Positions 46,225-56,674 of a DNA stretch of 64,000 nucleotides are shown piece after piece; the first letter of the stretch is position 1, and each line of letters opens with the position of its first letter. Position numbers and translations under genes: made by a program. The DNA is from a virus. The stretch spans positions 1 through 64,000 of IMG/VR virus record IMGVR_UViG_3300003323_000950. One strand, given 5' to 3'. A model generated the notes under the pieces. It was not told the DNA's origin, searched no databases, and saw only the letters and a program-made list of their open reading frames with translations.

Positions 46225-46688
46225 TTCAAGTCCTTTTTGTACCTCACCTTTATAAGCTGATAATTAGCTACGGATGGACCAGACGTAGGGCCAACGAGAT
46301 TTACTCCCATGATGGTTACCTCTTCGCCAGAATCCAACTTGAACGAGTCTTTATTGGCAACGAATACAGGCTCACCGCCAACTATTAGCGGCGGATTGTG
46401 CATAAGTAAATCATCGTAATAAAAGTATAGCACACCCATTGAATTATCCACGGCTCCGCTCTTGCTTATCGTTATCTCCGAGTCCGTGTCGTCTTTATTT
46501 TCAGGCACTTGAAGCGCCGATAGCGGATACTCAACAGCTTCCAGATCCTCGGACCTGTCTTCATGAAATTTAGATAGCGTGCGCGTGCGGCGCTGTATAT
46601 AGATTATCGGGAACTTAAAAAACGTATCTCGTAAATCTTTAATGGCCGACCTGAAAGAGTTCCAATCATTTGCTGATAGTAAATCCAT
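46221..46688 (-). CDS. Putative head closure protein
   Basis: Position and beta-rich composition. Confidence 0.55.
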   Translation of the reverse strand: MDLLSANDWNSFRSAIKDLRDTFFKFPIIYIQRRTRTLSKFHEDRSEDLEAVEYPLSALQVPENKDDTDSEITISKSGAVDNSMGVLYFYYDDLLMHNPPLIVGGEPVFVANKDSFKLDSGEEVTIMGVNLVGPTSGPSVANYQLIKVRYKKDLK

Positions 46689-46689
46689 T

Positions 46690-47223
46690 TTATGACGGGT
46701 TGTGGTGCCACAAGTTCAAATCACAAGCAGGGAAATCACTCCCTTTCACGAATGCTGGTATAACAGGGTCATCGCATACGCACCATGGTATAGAATACGA
46801 TAGCTTTCTGGCCATTCCACATATCTCCAGCAGCAGATCCGCCATAAACGCATCTGAAGCCATCAGGAACGAGCTCCCATCACTTGCCTTTATGATCTGG
46901 AATTCGGCTTCAACAACGTCGGCTTTGGCTCTCTTGAGTACCTTGGAACCGCCACCTGAAGATCCGCTTGTTCCGTCGCCAGCCATGTTGAGAACGATTT
47001 TGTTCTTGAGCAACTGGTAGCAGACCATCGCGGCAATGAGCATGTTTTGATACGCCGTGTAGTTCGACTCTGTCTCTACATCAGCAGCATCGCTCTTTCC
47101 GGTTTCGCTCTGTATCAAATAGCAGATCATTACCCGTTGCCGCTCAATTATGGGATCGTTCGAAGGATCGCTCAAATACGGCAATCGGTCCTTAACCATT
47201 ACAACTACGCTCGAAATAGCCAT
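46690..47223 (-). CDS. Putative head-tail adaptor
   Basis: Position after the capsid block; VLKRAKADVVEAEF beta-hairpin pattern. Confidence 0.6.
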   Translation of the reverse strand: MAISSVVVMVKDRLPYLSDPSNDPIIERQRVMICYLIQSETGKSDAADVETESNYTAYQNMLIAAMVCYQLLKNKIVLNMAGDGTSGSSGGGSKVLKRAKADVVEAEFQIIKASDGSSFLMASDAFMADLLLEICGMARKLSYSIPWCVCDDPVIPAFVKGSDFPACDLNLWHHNPS

Positions 47224-47260
47224 ATATCCATAATTTTTTGATTGCGTAAGGTACCAAAAG

Positions 47261-47283
47261 AAAATGCCCTTGCGGGCATTTTT
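47261..47283 (-). terminator. Terminator after the capsid block
   Basis: AAAATGCCC-GCAA-GGGCATTTTCTTTT. Confidence 0.7.
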
Positions 47284-47550
47284 CTACTTCTTCAGTTTTG
47301 CTTCCTTGGGCGGATCGATAAAGGCTGTGCCGCTGAGGTTCATGCCATCGTCTTCTGTGTTATCCTCCGATTCCTTCAGAAGATTAGGCGGTAGGTCATA
47401 GGCTGGCACTTTTTCAATCAAGTTGATGGAAATGGCGTCTTTCAGCCTCTGCGTTTCTTCGACGTGAAAAATTTCGTGACCCGTCAAAACCACGCCATCA
47501 TTCTTGAACTTGTTCCGCGGATCTTTCATCCGGACATATACCTTCCCCAT
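47284..47550 (-). CDS. Hypothetical protein (capsid block)
   Basis: ORF in operon. Confidence 0.65.
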   Translation of the reverse strand: MGKVYVRMKDPRNKFKNDGVVLTGHEIFHVEETQRLKDAISINLIEKVPAYDLPPNLLKESEDNTEDDGMNLSGTAFIDPPKEAKLKK

Positions 47551-47557
47551 AACCTAC

Positions 47558-48013
47558 CTATTTTTTAGGAGCTGATGCGTTGGCGGCTGCAGCCTCGAGC
47601 TCGTTGATACGGGCGCGTAGCTTATCGTTCTCGGACTTGGTAGCTTCGGCATCGGCTTGTGCCTTTTTAGCTTCTTCAAGCTTTATTTCAGCCTCCTTCA
47701 ATGCTACCCGGTTTTCTTCTTCTTTGACGGCTGCAGCCTCCAAAGTTTTGTTTGCTGCGCTGATTTCTTTTGCAGCCTTAGCGTCAGCCTCAAAGCGATT
47801 TTTGTCATAGCGCTCAGCCTTTTCTTTCGCTTCGGATTCACTTAAAGAAATCAGACCTCCGGCACGGCGGGCGTGCATAACCCTTTCGGTTTCTGCTAAC
47901 TGCTTTACCTGACCACGGTAAAGCGTTTGCTGATCCTCGCGTGGCTGGGTGGGGTCCCAGAATATCGACGCCGATCCACCGAGCTCATAGTATTTTTCGT
48001 TTTCGTTTTCCAT
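47558..48013 (-). CDS. Hypothetical protein with coiled-coil tail (capsid block)
   Basis: Ala/Glu/Lys-rich C-terminus; directly after the MCP. Confidence 0.7.
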   Translation of the reverse strand: MENENEKYYELGGSASIFWDPTQPREDQQTLYRGQVKQLAETERVMHARRAGGLISLSESEAKEKAERYDKNRFEADAKAAKEISAANKTLEAAAVKEEENRVALKEAEIKLEEAKKAQADAEATKSENDKLRARINELEAAAANASAPKK

Positions 48014-48065
48014 AATTGGTTTTTAGTGACTAAAAATAAATTATAATACCCTGGTCTATCAGGTC

Positions 48066-49364
48066 TTACAGTTGAGAGAATGCCTGATTGATACGAGCAT
48101 CGATATCCATGTATGCCGGGAACGGAGTAGAGGCGTAGGTTACGGCCTTGCTCTGTATAACACGGGCGCTACGGTTGATGATGCCGAAATTGATCCAGTC
48201 GCTCATGAACATTTCCTCAGTCTGGTTCTGCGGATTGCGGCGGCGCTCAGTCATGAAACCGCGGTAAGTCAGCTTCATCATCGCACGTTGAGGGTTCAGA
48301 TACAACATCTGGTTAGCAGGCGTGATGTACGCATCAATATCGAAAGCATCAGGAACACCAACGATCGAGCGAATGGTTGCCAGTCTGGTATCGCCATTGA
48401 AGCCTTCGAAGCGGTCAATGCCGGTGATATTGATAGCGTCGTCTTCAGAAGTGATCAGGCGGGTAGCAGGTGTACCCAGGCGGCGCATGCGGGTAAATAC
48501 ACGTTTGATATCGGCGTATGTGAATCCATTCGCAGTCACGTTTACACCAACAACAGGAGCCGATTCAGAGAGGTCAGCTTGCTCACCGTTCACCAGGACA
48601 CTGAATGCCAAAGCATCTGCGCCGATCGCCATGTCGTTACCAACTTCCTGGAGGAAGGTGTAGATCATGTCGATAGAAGATGCCATCACCATCTCGTCCG
48701 TGATCGCGAAACCGGTACCGATCTTGAAGATGTTCAGGTCCTTTTTACCGAATTTAACCGATCCGAAAGGAATGTTTGCACCTTCATTCACGCGCGACGG
48801 CATGCCATCGCCGCGTAAAATCATCGGCATGGTCACCTTCTGCTGGGCCATGTTCTGAGTCGTGGCAATCCAGTTCTGATGCAGCGACGCGTGCTGATAA
48901 CCAGTGCGCACAGCGCTCATGAAGATCTCAGGAATGATGAACCGGAAAGAGGAATCAACGCTTTGAGTGTTCACCGGCGCTGAATCGGCATATCTCATTT
49001 TCGAGTGATCGATCAGGAATTCTTCCACAGTGGACTTGTCCAGGCGGTGCATGCCGAGAGCAGCTGATACGTCGGAGAGGGAATCTTCACCGGGTGACAG
49101 GTCAAAGCAACGCAGGAACTGGCGTGTGTCTTTGAAACCGTAGACTTTGTTTAAGGCGTCGTCAAACGATACGTCTTTAGCCCGCAGCTTATTGCCTTTT
49201 TTGTCTACGGCAAGCCCGAGACGTGTTTCTGTGATCTGCTTACAGAATTCACCGAGTGTTTCTTCGACCGTGTGCCGTACTCTGGTGTCATCTTCCTTTC
49301 CAATGCCACCTTTCGCGAGTTCCATATTGTGCGCCTTTACGGCGCCCAGTTCTAATTTTTCCAT
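48066..49364 (-). CDS. Major capsid protein (HK97 fold)
   Basis: FIIPEI...VNEGANIP...KIGTGFAITDE...TERRRNPQNQ; position after scaffold and decoration genes. Confidence 0.88.
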   Translation of the reverse strand: MEKLELGAVKAHNMELAKGGIGKEDDTRVRHTVEETLGEFCKQITETRLGLAVDKKGNKLRAKDVSFDDALNKVYGFKDTRQFLRCFDLSPGEDSLSDVSAALGMHRLDKSTVEEFLIDHSKMRYADSAPVNTQSVDSSFRFIIPEIFMSAVRTGYQHASLHQNWIATTQNMAQQKVTMPMILRGDGMPSRVNEGANIPFGSVKFGKKDLNIFKIGTGFAITDEMVMASSIDMIYTFLQEVGNDMAIGADALAFSVLVNGEQADLSESAPVVGVNVTANGFTYADIKRVFTRMRRLGTPATRLITSEDDAINITGIDRFEGFNGDTRLATIRSIVGVPDAFDIDAYITPANQMLYLNPQRAMMKLTYRGFMTERRRNPQNQTEEMFMSDWINFGIINRSARVIQSKAVTYASTPFPAYMDIDARINQAFSQL

Positions 49365-49410
49365 GTGATGAAATTTAAAAAATTGGGTTTTGGTTTATTC
49401 CGGTTAGGTC

Positions 49411-49863
49411 TTAGTTCAGCTGGTACGGTGTTCTGAGTATTCCGATCTCGATTACAGTGTCCACTGCGCCGCCACTGATTACAACGCCGCTTACGTAATC
49501 ACCGGCAGCCGTTGCTGTGTACTCGGGAAGACCCTCAGCAACAATGGCGGTGTTCCAGTTGCCGTTTGGTTTAACAGTAGCGCCGGCAGCAATTGTACCG
49601 CCCTTGGCGATTCCTTTTACGGTGCGCTGGAAAGCTGTGAACACTGAAACTCTTTCTCCAGTGCCTTTGCCTACTGTCACTACGCCAATCGGGAGTTGTG
49701 TTCCAGTGGTACGTTTTGTAACGGACAAGTTTGCGCTCATGATAACCTCCTGACCCTGGAAAAGGGTGCCAGCGAACGCATTAGTAAGCGTCAAAATTAC
49801 GCCGGTAGGTTCAGCATGCTTGGAGATGGTGACGGATGCCGGCATTATTGATTCGGTAGCCAT
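49411..49863 (-). CDS. Capsid decoration/cement protein
   Basis: Small Gly/Val/Thr-rich beta protein directly before the MCP. Confidence 0.7.
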   Translation of the reverse strand: MATESIMPASVTISKHAEPTGVILTLTNAFAGTLFQGQEVIMSANLSVTKRTTGTQLPIGVVTVGKGTGERVSVFTAFQRTVKGIAKGGTIAAGATVKPNGNWNTAIVAEGLPEYTATAAGDYVSGVVISGGAVDTVIEIGILRTPYQLN

Positions 49864-49915
49864 AAAAATATTGGGTTTTGGTAAAAATGATGACTAAAAA
49901 GTATATGATACCGGT

Positions 49916-51370
49916 TTACCGGAGTGATTCTGCAAGGTGCTTGTTACCCAGCACGGTCTTTGACTTCGGTGGTGTATTCGGATCGTCAGTCTGCTTGCTG
50001 CTGCGGAAGCTGATGTCTGTTGATCCGCATTTTGCGCAGTGGCCACCGAACTCAGTAACCGCCTTTCCGCCGAACAATTTAAGTTTCGCGTTGACTGCCT
50101 CAAGGCTTGTCGCTGCATCGATCTCAGCTTCGATCGTAGGATCAACTTTATCGCCTGCAAACACGCCGTACAAACGCTTCGCTTCTTTCTTCGAAGCTTC
50201 CAGTACTTCAGTGCCTACTTTGGCCAGCGCTGCAGAAGCTGTCTTCTCGGCTTCCAACGTTGTCTTAGCTGCCTTAATGGTTGCTATCTCAGCTTCAAGG
50301 CTCACCACCTTAGCATCCGCTGCTTCCTTCTCGGCGGTAACCTTCTGGAAGTTTTCTGCATTCGTTTTCATTTGGGTGAAGGCTTCTTTTGAAGCGATCA
50401 CTTTTTCGGCGTCTGCTTTCGAAAACTTACCGGTGCCGATGTCCGCAGCCGTTGTACCGAAAATGCTCGCCAAGAGTTCTAACAGATCCTTGTTCATTTT
50501 TAAATTGTCGTTTTGTTCTTTATCAAAATGTAATGCGGAGTTTTGTAAATGTAATAGCTTTTGATCGTCGAAGCAATCGCACACAAAGTACTTGCGGTTA
50601 GGTTCATATATACGATTCTCTGGATCATCGGAGAACTTGTTCTTCGCGTACATGCTGGCATGATCTATATTAATCAACTCACCGTTTGGCGAAAGCATCT
50701 TCGCATAAGGATCAGCGCCTGCCCAAACCAAAGAGCTTTCTTCGTAACCGATGATCTTTGTGGCTATACGGCGAACCATCTCGTCGTCGATAATTTCACC
50801 AAGGTGCCAGTAAAAGTCTCCGTTAAATTCGAACTCGTGTGATGCTTCCCAGTCGAACAATACGGTAACCGATGCAGATGTTATAGGCGATACAGGTGAA
50901 GACATCCGGCGCACCAATTCGGGGTTTAAGATACCATCTATAACGAATGGAGCCTCAATGCCGCCAGGTACTTCGTCACCATTTGAGTTTTTATATCCAG
51001 GAACCCATTCGGTTTCCCCCACATTGCCTATTTCTTTGCCTACCATTTGAATGTGATTCAAGTAAGCAGGTTTATCTCTCAGCAAAGAGGTAGATTTCTT
51101 CAGCACCGTACCTTCAGAGAAATCTGTTGCTTTCCAGGAACCGCCGCCTACTATTGTCGCAGATATGTGCCGGAAAGGAAACATATAGAAGTCTTCCTTC
51201 TTTGGTATAAGCGGTATATCAAAGCTCTGCGCCGATGTCTTTCGATCCTTCGGCAACTCAAGCCCCATGCTTTCGAATATTCTCTTCGCTGCCTGTTCCT
51301 GAAGCAGCTTATCTGTATCGGATTGGACGCGGAATAACGTCAATGAACCCTTACCTCCGAACTTTGCCAT
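49916..51370 (-). CDS. Prohead protease/scaffold
   Basis: N-terminal protease-like region (YLNH, SASV, EESSLVWAGADP); C-terminal Ala/Glu/Lys coiled coil; start at ATG 51370. Confidence 0.75.
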   Translation of the reverse strand: MAKFGGKGSLTLFRVQSDTDKLLQEQAAKRIFESMGLELPKDRKTSAQSFDIPLIPKKEDFYMFPFRHISATIVGGGSWKATDFSEGTVLKKSTSLLRDKPAYLNHIQMVGKEIGNVGETEWVPGYKNSNGDEVPGGIEAPFVIDGILNPELVRRMSSPVSPITSASVTVLFDWEASHEFEFNGDFYWHLGEIIDDEMVRRIATKIIGYEESSLVWAGADPYAKMLSPNGELINIDHASMYAKNKFSDDPENRIYEPNRKYFVCDCFDDQKLLHLQNSALHFDKEQNDNLKMNKDLLELLASIFGTTAADIGTGKFSKADAEKVIASKEAFTQMKTNAENFQKVTAEKEAADAKVVSLEAEIATIKAAKTTLEAEKTASAALAKVGTEVLEASKKEAKRLYGVFAGDKVDPTIEAEIDAATSLEAVNAKLKLFGGKAVTEFGGHCAKCGSTDISFRSSKQTDDPNTPPKSKTVLGNKHLAESLR

Positions 51371-51467
51371 GATGATTATATTGGTTTGATATTGCGAAAC
51401 TACCAAAAAAATATATAATCGTTAAATCAATGCTTTTCATAACATCATCATTGACGTATATTTAAGT

Positions 51468-51962
51468 ATGAAAACAGCTATCGATATTACTGGTCAAAAG
51501 TTTGGAAGGCTTACCGTTTTGAAAAGAAACGGTGAAAGCAAGAACGGCATGTCTTTATGGTTATGCGTTTGCGAATGTGGTAGGAAAATAACTACTCGAT
51601 CGAATGGATTGAGAAGCGGAAGGGCGAAAAGTTGTGGCTGTCATAGGAAAGATCGAATGAAGACATTAAATCTTGATCATGGTTTAAGAAACCATTATAT
51701 CTATAACATTTGGAGAGGCATTAAAAAGCGTTGCTATAATAAGAAACATAAAAGCTATAATGATTATGGAGGTCGTGGAATCACGATGGCTCCTGAATGG
51801 CTAGATGACATAGTGGCTTTTTATAATCATGTTGGTGAAAGGCCATCGTCAACTCATCAAATTGATAGGGAAAATAATAATGGAAATTATGTTCCAGGAA
51901 ACGTTCGATGGGTAACACCTAAAGTCAATTCAAATAATAGAAGGAAATCTAAACGGCCTTGA
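51468..51962 (+). CDS. Free-standing HNH homing endonuclease
   Basis: GQKFGRLTV...WLCVCECG...SCGC...WRGIKKRC...YGGRGI...IDRENNNGNYVPGNVRW; AT-rich, opposite strand. Confidence 0.9.
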   Translation: MKTAIDITGQKFGRLTVLKRNGESKNGMSLWLCVCECGRKITTRSNGLRSGRAKSCGCHRKDRMKTLNLDHGLRNHYIYNIWRGIKKRCYNKKHKSYNDYGGRGITMAPEWLDDIVAFYNHVGERPSSTHQIDRENNNGNYVPGNVRWVTPKVNSNNRRKSKRP

Positions 51963-54507
51963 AGTAGGCAATACATCTTCCTCTGCAATGCGGGTGATAC
52001 GACGGCAGTGCAATACCTTTCGCCTGCAGTGATTTCGGATCCATGGTCACAAACTGATCAAGCTTAATCGTGGTGGCGAATGGCGTATATTCCGGTGTTT
52101 TCGCTATGCCTTCCCGAAACAATGTCTCGTATTGCTGCACACTGTTTTTAACGCTGAATATTTTGCCATTCATATGCTTGCAGTATCCGCACGTGAGTCT
52201 ATCCATCACCTCAACAACCTGGTACTCGGCAATATCTGCCTGATTCAGGTATAGAAGGTTTCCGATGTTTCGCGCTTTGTTGGATGTAGTCTCTATGATT
52301 CGGCGGATCTTCCACGCTTCAAGTAGTACCTCCCTGGCAAATTCGAGTATAAATTCCTGTATCAAGCTACTGCCCTTGCCAATCGGAACATCGCCCTGTT
52401 CAAATTTCTGCTTCACCCAGTTTACAATTCGCTCTTGGGTATCCGGATCAGTTATAAATTTGCCCAAATAGGTATGGTCTACTTCTTCCAGGAAGGCAAT
52501 CGCGCGGGCATCCAACAGATTGAATGCAGCATCCGGGACGGTTACGAACGATACAGGTGATCGGGAGTATTCACTCGATTCAGAAAATATCGATTTGTCC
52601 TGGCGGTAAAAGCTGTAGATATCTTCTATGTTATTTGTGACAATGTCATGAACCGGCGTCACGAAATTGTTTTCCCAGCCCTCCAGAAGGCCGTAATACA
52701 TAGCTGCTTGAACTTCACCAACTAATGCGGTTTCGCCTAAAGCTTTGAATTCTCTGGTTATTGACTTCTTTGACTTGTTAACGAAGGTTTCGAACTGGGT
52801 ATTAACAGCGCCCAGATATGCCTTCAGAAAATCCACCAGATGGGCATCGTGATAATTGCCTATTTCGTCGAAAGAAGCGGCCCCGGAGCAATCTTCCGGG
52901 ACCGCATAATCAAAAGGGGGCGCTTCGATGTTAAGCTTTTTACGGATACGGTCCAGCTTTTTTTCAGCGGTGGTCTGCGCTTTATTATCTTCCGATCCTC
53001 CTACTGCCTTCGACGGTAATATATTGGTTATTGGTGCATCAAGCTCAGGATCGTCGACTCCTGCGTAATTGGCTGCTGCTTTCTGGCTCATAAAGCCTGA
53101 GAAATAATACCTGGCGGCATTTTCAATGCGCTCTTTCTTGGCCTGTTCGTCTTTGAGTTCATCGGTTATCGATGCCCGCTTGTATCGGATATTGCATACC
53201 GCCGGTCTAAATCCAGCCAGGCGGAGCTCGAGCATAAACACCCGTGATTTGAATTCAGCGAGTGTGCGCTGGAAATTGGCAACCTGCTGCGTCATCTTGG
53301 TAAGCACTACGCGGCCGAACGTCTCCGTAGTCGCGTAGTTCTCGCCGTGCATATTCGGGTCCTGCTTGAGACCTGAATAGATCAGGGATTTGACCATCTT
53401 CATTAATTGCTCACCGGACGCGCCGTTCAGTTCAGATCCCTGTAGGGTGAACTCGTGATTATCTTTGTAACCCACCGTGAACCCACGAGAAAAACCATTT
53501 TCAACATCCTGTCTTACGCTGTTCAGATAGTTCCTGAGATAATTTTCATACTCTTCAGGTGATTTTTGTTGCTGTGGAGGTGCTTTCAACAATACCGACA
53601 GAAAGCCCATCATCCCGAGCCGGCGCATCATGTTCTTGAAGTTACCGATCATATCCTTTTCCGTCAGCAGGTCTTCAAGCGCTGAAGCGAAAGGTGGAAC
53701 GGCAACCGGCGATATGCCCAGCCGGCGTATACCAAGGTAGGTGTACGTCGCCGGATTGAGCTGTATATAGCCAGGATATAGCCCGGTTCCGTTATTTGAG
53801 TTTACGCCTACTATTTGCTGCAGGGGAACGTGAACAGACTTAACCTTGTCGTAGCCAAACCGGATGTAATATGGATCAACTCGAACAATGCTCTGGATGC
53901 CTTTAAGATTCGGCATGATCACAGCCTCTGCGCTTAGTGCGCCGGAGTACGCCATTTGGGTAAGAAGATCATTGTCGAGGGAGTCTTCGCCAGAGGCAAA
54001 TTCGTACCAGCTCTTTACTCGAGTCTGGAGATACTTGCGCATCTCAACGCTTTGTTTCTCGCCGGTCTCGCCGAAGTCTATGTCATAATCTGTATTGCCG
54101 AGGGCAACGATATTTTCAACGGCCATAGATACGTGGCGATCCTGGAAAGCGTACTTCTGTAGGGTTTTGAGTATGGTGTAGTCGAACTCGTTATCCACCG
54201 GGGCGTTCATGTTGCCGAAGCCATAGTTCCCTTCGTACAGAGAGACCCGTCCGCTGGCGATTGGAGCCATGACGTTATTCGTCGTGTCATCCACCTTGTT
54301 CGACATCGCTGCGTACTTCTGTTCCTCTTCCTGGAAAACCTTGCGGATTATGTCACCATATACCCTTTCGAATTCCGCTTCATTGATCTGCTGCGGGCTT
54401 GGTTCAGAAACAACTGCGGCTGATACGGCCGCTGGCTGGGATTCTTTTTCCGGCGCAGCCTTCACAGACTTACCCCAGCCGAAAGAAAAATTGACATTGA
54501 AACCCAT
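51949..54507 (-). CDS. Portal protein fused to a MuF/SPP1 gp7-like minor head domain
   Basis: Portal-like central region; C-terminal RRIIETT...MDRLTCGYCKHMNG...LPSYHPHCRG MuF signature. Confidence 0.8.
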   Translation of the reverse strand: MGFNVNFSFGWGKSVKAAPEKESQPAAVSAAVVSEPSPQQINEAEFERVYGDIIRKVFQEEEQKYAAMSNKVDDTTNNVMAPIASGRVSLYEGNYGFGNMNAPVDNEFDYTILKTLQKYAFQDRHVSMAVENIVALGNTDYDIDFGETGEKQSVEMRKYLQTRVKSWYEFASGEDSLDNDLLTQMAYSGALSAEAVIMPNLKGIQSIVRVDPYYIRFGYDKVKSVHVPLQQIVGVNSNNGTGLYPGYIQLNPATYTYLGIRRLGISPVAVPPFASALEDLLTEKDMIGNFKNMMRRLGMMGFLSVLLKAPPQQQKSPEEYENYLRNYLNSVRQDVENGFSRGFTVGYKDNHEFTLQGSELNGASGEQLMKMVKSLIYSGLKQDPNMHGENYATTETFGRVVLTKMTQQVANFQRTLAEFKSRVFMLELRLAGFRPAVCNIRYKRASITDELKDEQAKKERIENAARYYFSGFMSQKAAANYAGVDDPELDAPITNILPSKAVGGSEDNKAQTTAEKKLDRIRKKLNIEAPPFDYAVPEDCSGAASFDEIGNYHDAHLVDFLKAYLGAVNTQFETFVNKSKKSITREFKALGETALVGEVQAAMYYGLLEGWENNFVTPVHDIVTNNIEDIYSFYRQDKSIFSESSEYSRSPVSFVTVPDAAFNLLDARAIAFLEEVDHTYLGKFITDPDTQERIVNWVKQKFEQGDVPIGKGSSLIQEFILEFAREVLLEAWKIRRIIETTSNKARNIGNLLYLNQADIAEYQVVEVMDRLTCGYCKHMNGKIFSVKNSVQQYETLFREGIAKTPEYTPFATTIKLDQFVTMDPKSLQAKGIALPSYHPHCRGRCIAYFKAV

Positions 54508-54544
54508 TTCGAATACTTTTTAGGGAGTAAATGTAACCAAAAAC

Positions 54545-54817
54545 TTAGTGGCTTGCTGACCACTGGAACCCCAGGTAGATCGCGAGTAATATGAATGAAA
54601 TTGATAGCGCCCAGAATAAAGGCACGTGTTTATCTGTAAAGGTGATCTTTTTTACAACGGTGGCGATTACCAAAGCGAGGAAGAGAGCGCCGGCGATCGG
54701 CCACGCGGCGCTATCTGATACGTCGTTTATGTACGGGCTGGCGATGGTGCCTGAAACGATTATGCCGGCCACAATCCGGAATATAAAGTTGTTCAATGCT
54801 GCTATTAAAGTGCTCAT
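54545..54817 (-). CDS. Small three-TM membrane protein
   Basis: Three hydrophobic helices. Confidence 0.7.
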   Translation of the reverse strand: MSTLIAALNNFIFRIVAGIIVSGTIASPYINDVSDSAAWPIAGALFLALVIATVVKKITFTDKHVPLFWALSISFILLAIYLGFQWSASH

Positions 54818-54832
54818 GGTTTTTTGAGCAAG

Positions 54833-56125
54833 TTACGGAAACATGGACAACTGCATGTCTCTGTTGCGGATAGCAAATTCAATCCGGGCGCGGGATATAT
54901 TGATGTTGTGTTCGTCGAGCTCTATCCCGGTATATAGCATTTTCTCGAACATGCATGCTTTGCCGGTTGAGCCGCTGCCTGAGAATGGGTCTATGACGTG
55001 GCCTCCTTTCGGCGTAACCAGATTGATCAGGTACCGCATTAGCGCGGTTGGCTTAACGGTCGGGTGATTGTTTGGGCTTGATTTGTCAGTACCTTCAGAC
55101 TGAAAGGAACCCGGGTTTTTGGTGCCGCTGCTCCAGAGCAGTGGCATAGATGCTAAAGCCTCACATCCTTCGTTTCTATCGAGGCGTGATGTCTTTGCGC
55201 AGTAAAAGAAGCGGGCTGCAGAACCTTCGTCGCCATAGCTTACATTTTCAGAACCGAAAGCTCTCACATGCTTGCCGTAGGTATTATTACCAGAATATCC
55301 GGTGGCTGTTTCGTTGGTAAAATTGGAATCGCCTGACTTAGTATATGGGAACATCTCCATTATGCATTCTGAACCGTCGTGAATGAGGTTTGCCGGCCAG
55401 CGGCCATTCTCACCACCAGATACAGCTTCAGCGTGCTTCTCACCGTTGTTGTTGCCTGGTGTATACGATGCGTTGTTAAGTTTTGGCTGGCTGCTTACAG
55501 TCCACGGTCCTAAGCCTTTTATGGATGACTCAGCGATGTTCAGCGCTCCCACACCGAAATGATCCATATTACTCTTAACGGTCCCATTCAAAGGCTTTCG
55601 GGCGACAAGGATAGGTTCATGAGCAGGCTTAAGCGCAGTGCCATAACCCTCGTGTTTACCTTCCAGATTGTGAGACTTGGGGAAGCCAGAACCGAATACC
55701 CAAAATATTTGATCGCGTACTTCGAAACCTGCTTCCTCGACGCCGCATACCATCCGGTGATATGTGCGCGGGCTCGCGAATACGATCATGTGCGCACCGG
55801 GTTTCAATATGCGGTACATCTCCGAAGCCCATGTAAATGTGAAGTCCTGGAACTGGCGCATCGCTACTATATCGTTTTTGTAGGTGCCGGCTGAAAGAGA
55901 CTTTCCAAAACCATTACTAACTCTGCCTTCGCGGACGGCTTCACTTTTGGCTTTATTGTCTCGAATAGCATGTTGCTTTTCGATATCGAACTTATCCCAG
56001 GCCTTGCCCATGAAGCGGATCCCGTACGGCGGATCAGTAACGCAAGAATCAAAATGATCTGCGGGCAGCTGCTTCATTACCTCCTCGCAGTATCCGGTGT
56101 AAAGTGTGTAGGGTTTAGCGGTCAT
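54833..56125 (-). CDS. Orphan DNA amino-methyltransferase (N6-A/N4-C, beta class)
   Basis: VTDPPYG, GSGFPKS, ALKPAHEPI, GRWPAN, ARFFYCAK, HPTVKP, IDPFSGSGSTG. Confidence 0.93.
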   Translation of the reverse strand: MTAKPYTLYTGYCEEVMKQLPADHFDSCVTDPPYGIRFMGKAWDKFDIEKQHAIRDNKAKSEAVREGRVSNGFGKSLSAGTYKNDIVAMRQFQDFTFTWASEMYRILKPGAHMIVFASPRTYHRMVCGVEEAGFEVRDQIFWVFGSGFPKSHNLEGKHEGYGTALKPAHEPILVARKPLNGTVKSNMDHFGVGALNIAESSIKGLGPWTVSSQPKLNNASYTPGNNNGEKHAEAVSGGENGRWPANLIHDGSECIMEMFPYTKSGDSNFTNETATGYSGNNTYGKHVRAFGSENVSYGDEGSAARFFYCAKTSRLDRNEGCEALASMPLLWSSGTKNPGSFQSEGTDKSSPNNHPTVKPTALMRYLINLVTPKGGHVIDPFSGSGSTGKACMFEKMLYTGIELDEHNINISRARIEFAIRNRDMQLSMFP

Positions 56126-56165
56126 TTTATTTTACTCTGGCTCCTGGATCTATTGAAGTGTCATA

Positions 56166-56450
56166 TCAATATGCCCCATGATCAAGCATATCACTTGACT
56201 TTACAGATTTTTCAAACTCGTACTCTTTTAGAATTTTAACCAGATAGATCTTTCCGGTGGTCTCTTTGTGGTACTTATTCAAAAGGTCATCATACTCTGC
56301 CGGCAAAGCCGATCGAACTTTATCTGGCTGCGTGAGCAGCGCATACGCGACTAAAGTATCGCTTTCGCTTAGTTCCTGGTGCACTGGGCCTCTGTCGTCG
56401 AAGATCGCCATAACGCGCTCCGGAATGTTAATAACGGGAAGTTTATTCAT
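56166..56450 (-). CDS. Hypothetical protein
   Basis: ORF in operon. Confidence 0.6.
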   Translation of the reverse strand: MNKLPVINIPERVMAIFDDRGPVHQELSESDTLVAYALLTQPDKVRSALPAEYDDLLNKYHKETTGKIYLVKILKEYEFEKSVKSSDMLDHGAY

Positions 56451-56674
56451 CGTCGTAAGGGGTTAAAAGAAACCGGCCACCATCTGAACCTAAGTTTCTT
56501 CCTATGGCAGCCGGAAATTCATAAAAGTGTAAGTGGTCGTCATGGGGCCATTGCTTGTTAAGAACGTCGGTGCGAATCATGACCTTCGCATTGTGCCCAG
56601 GTGTTGGCTTTCGCTGAACCCGGGCGGATGTAGTTTAAAGTTATCAATCAATCAAACAGCATCCATATCTTAAA

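Noticed and set aside
48072-50564. Long plus-strand ORFs (48072..48818, 49878..50564) and similar shadows elsewhere
   Set aside because: Antisense shadows of well-supported minus-strand genes, with no motifs or expression signals
54833-56125. Restriction-modification system
   Set aside because: No adjacent endonuclease; a typical orphan phage methyltransferase
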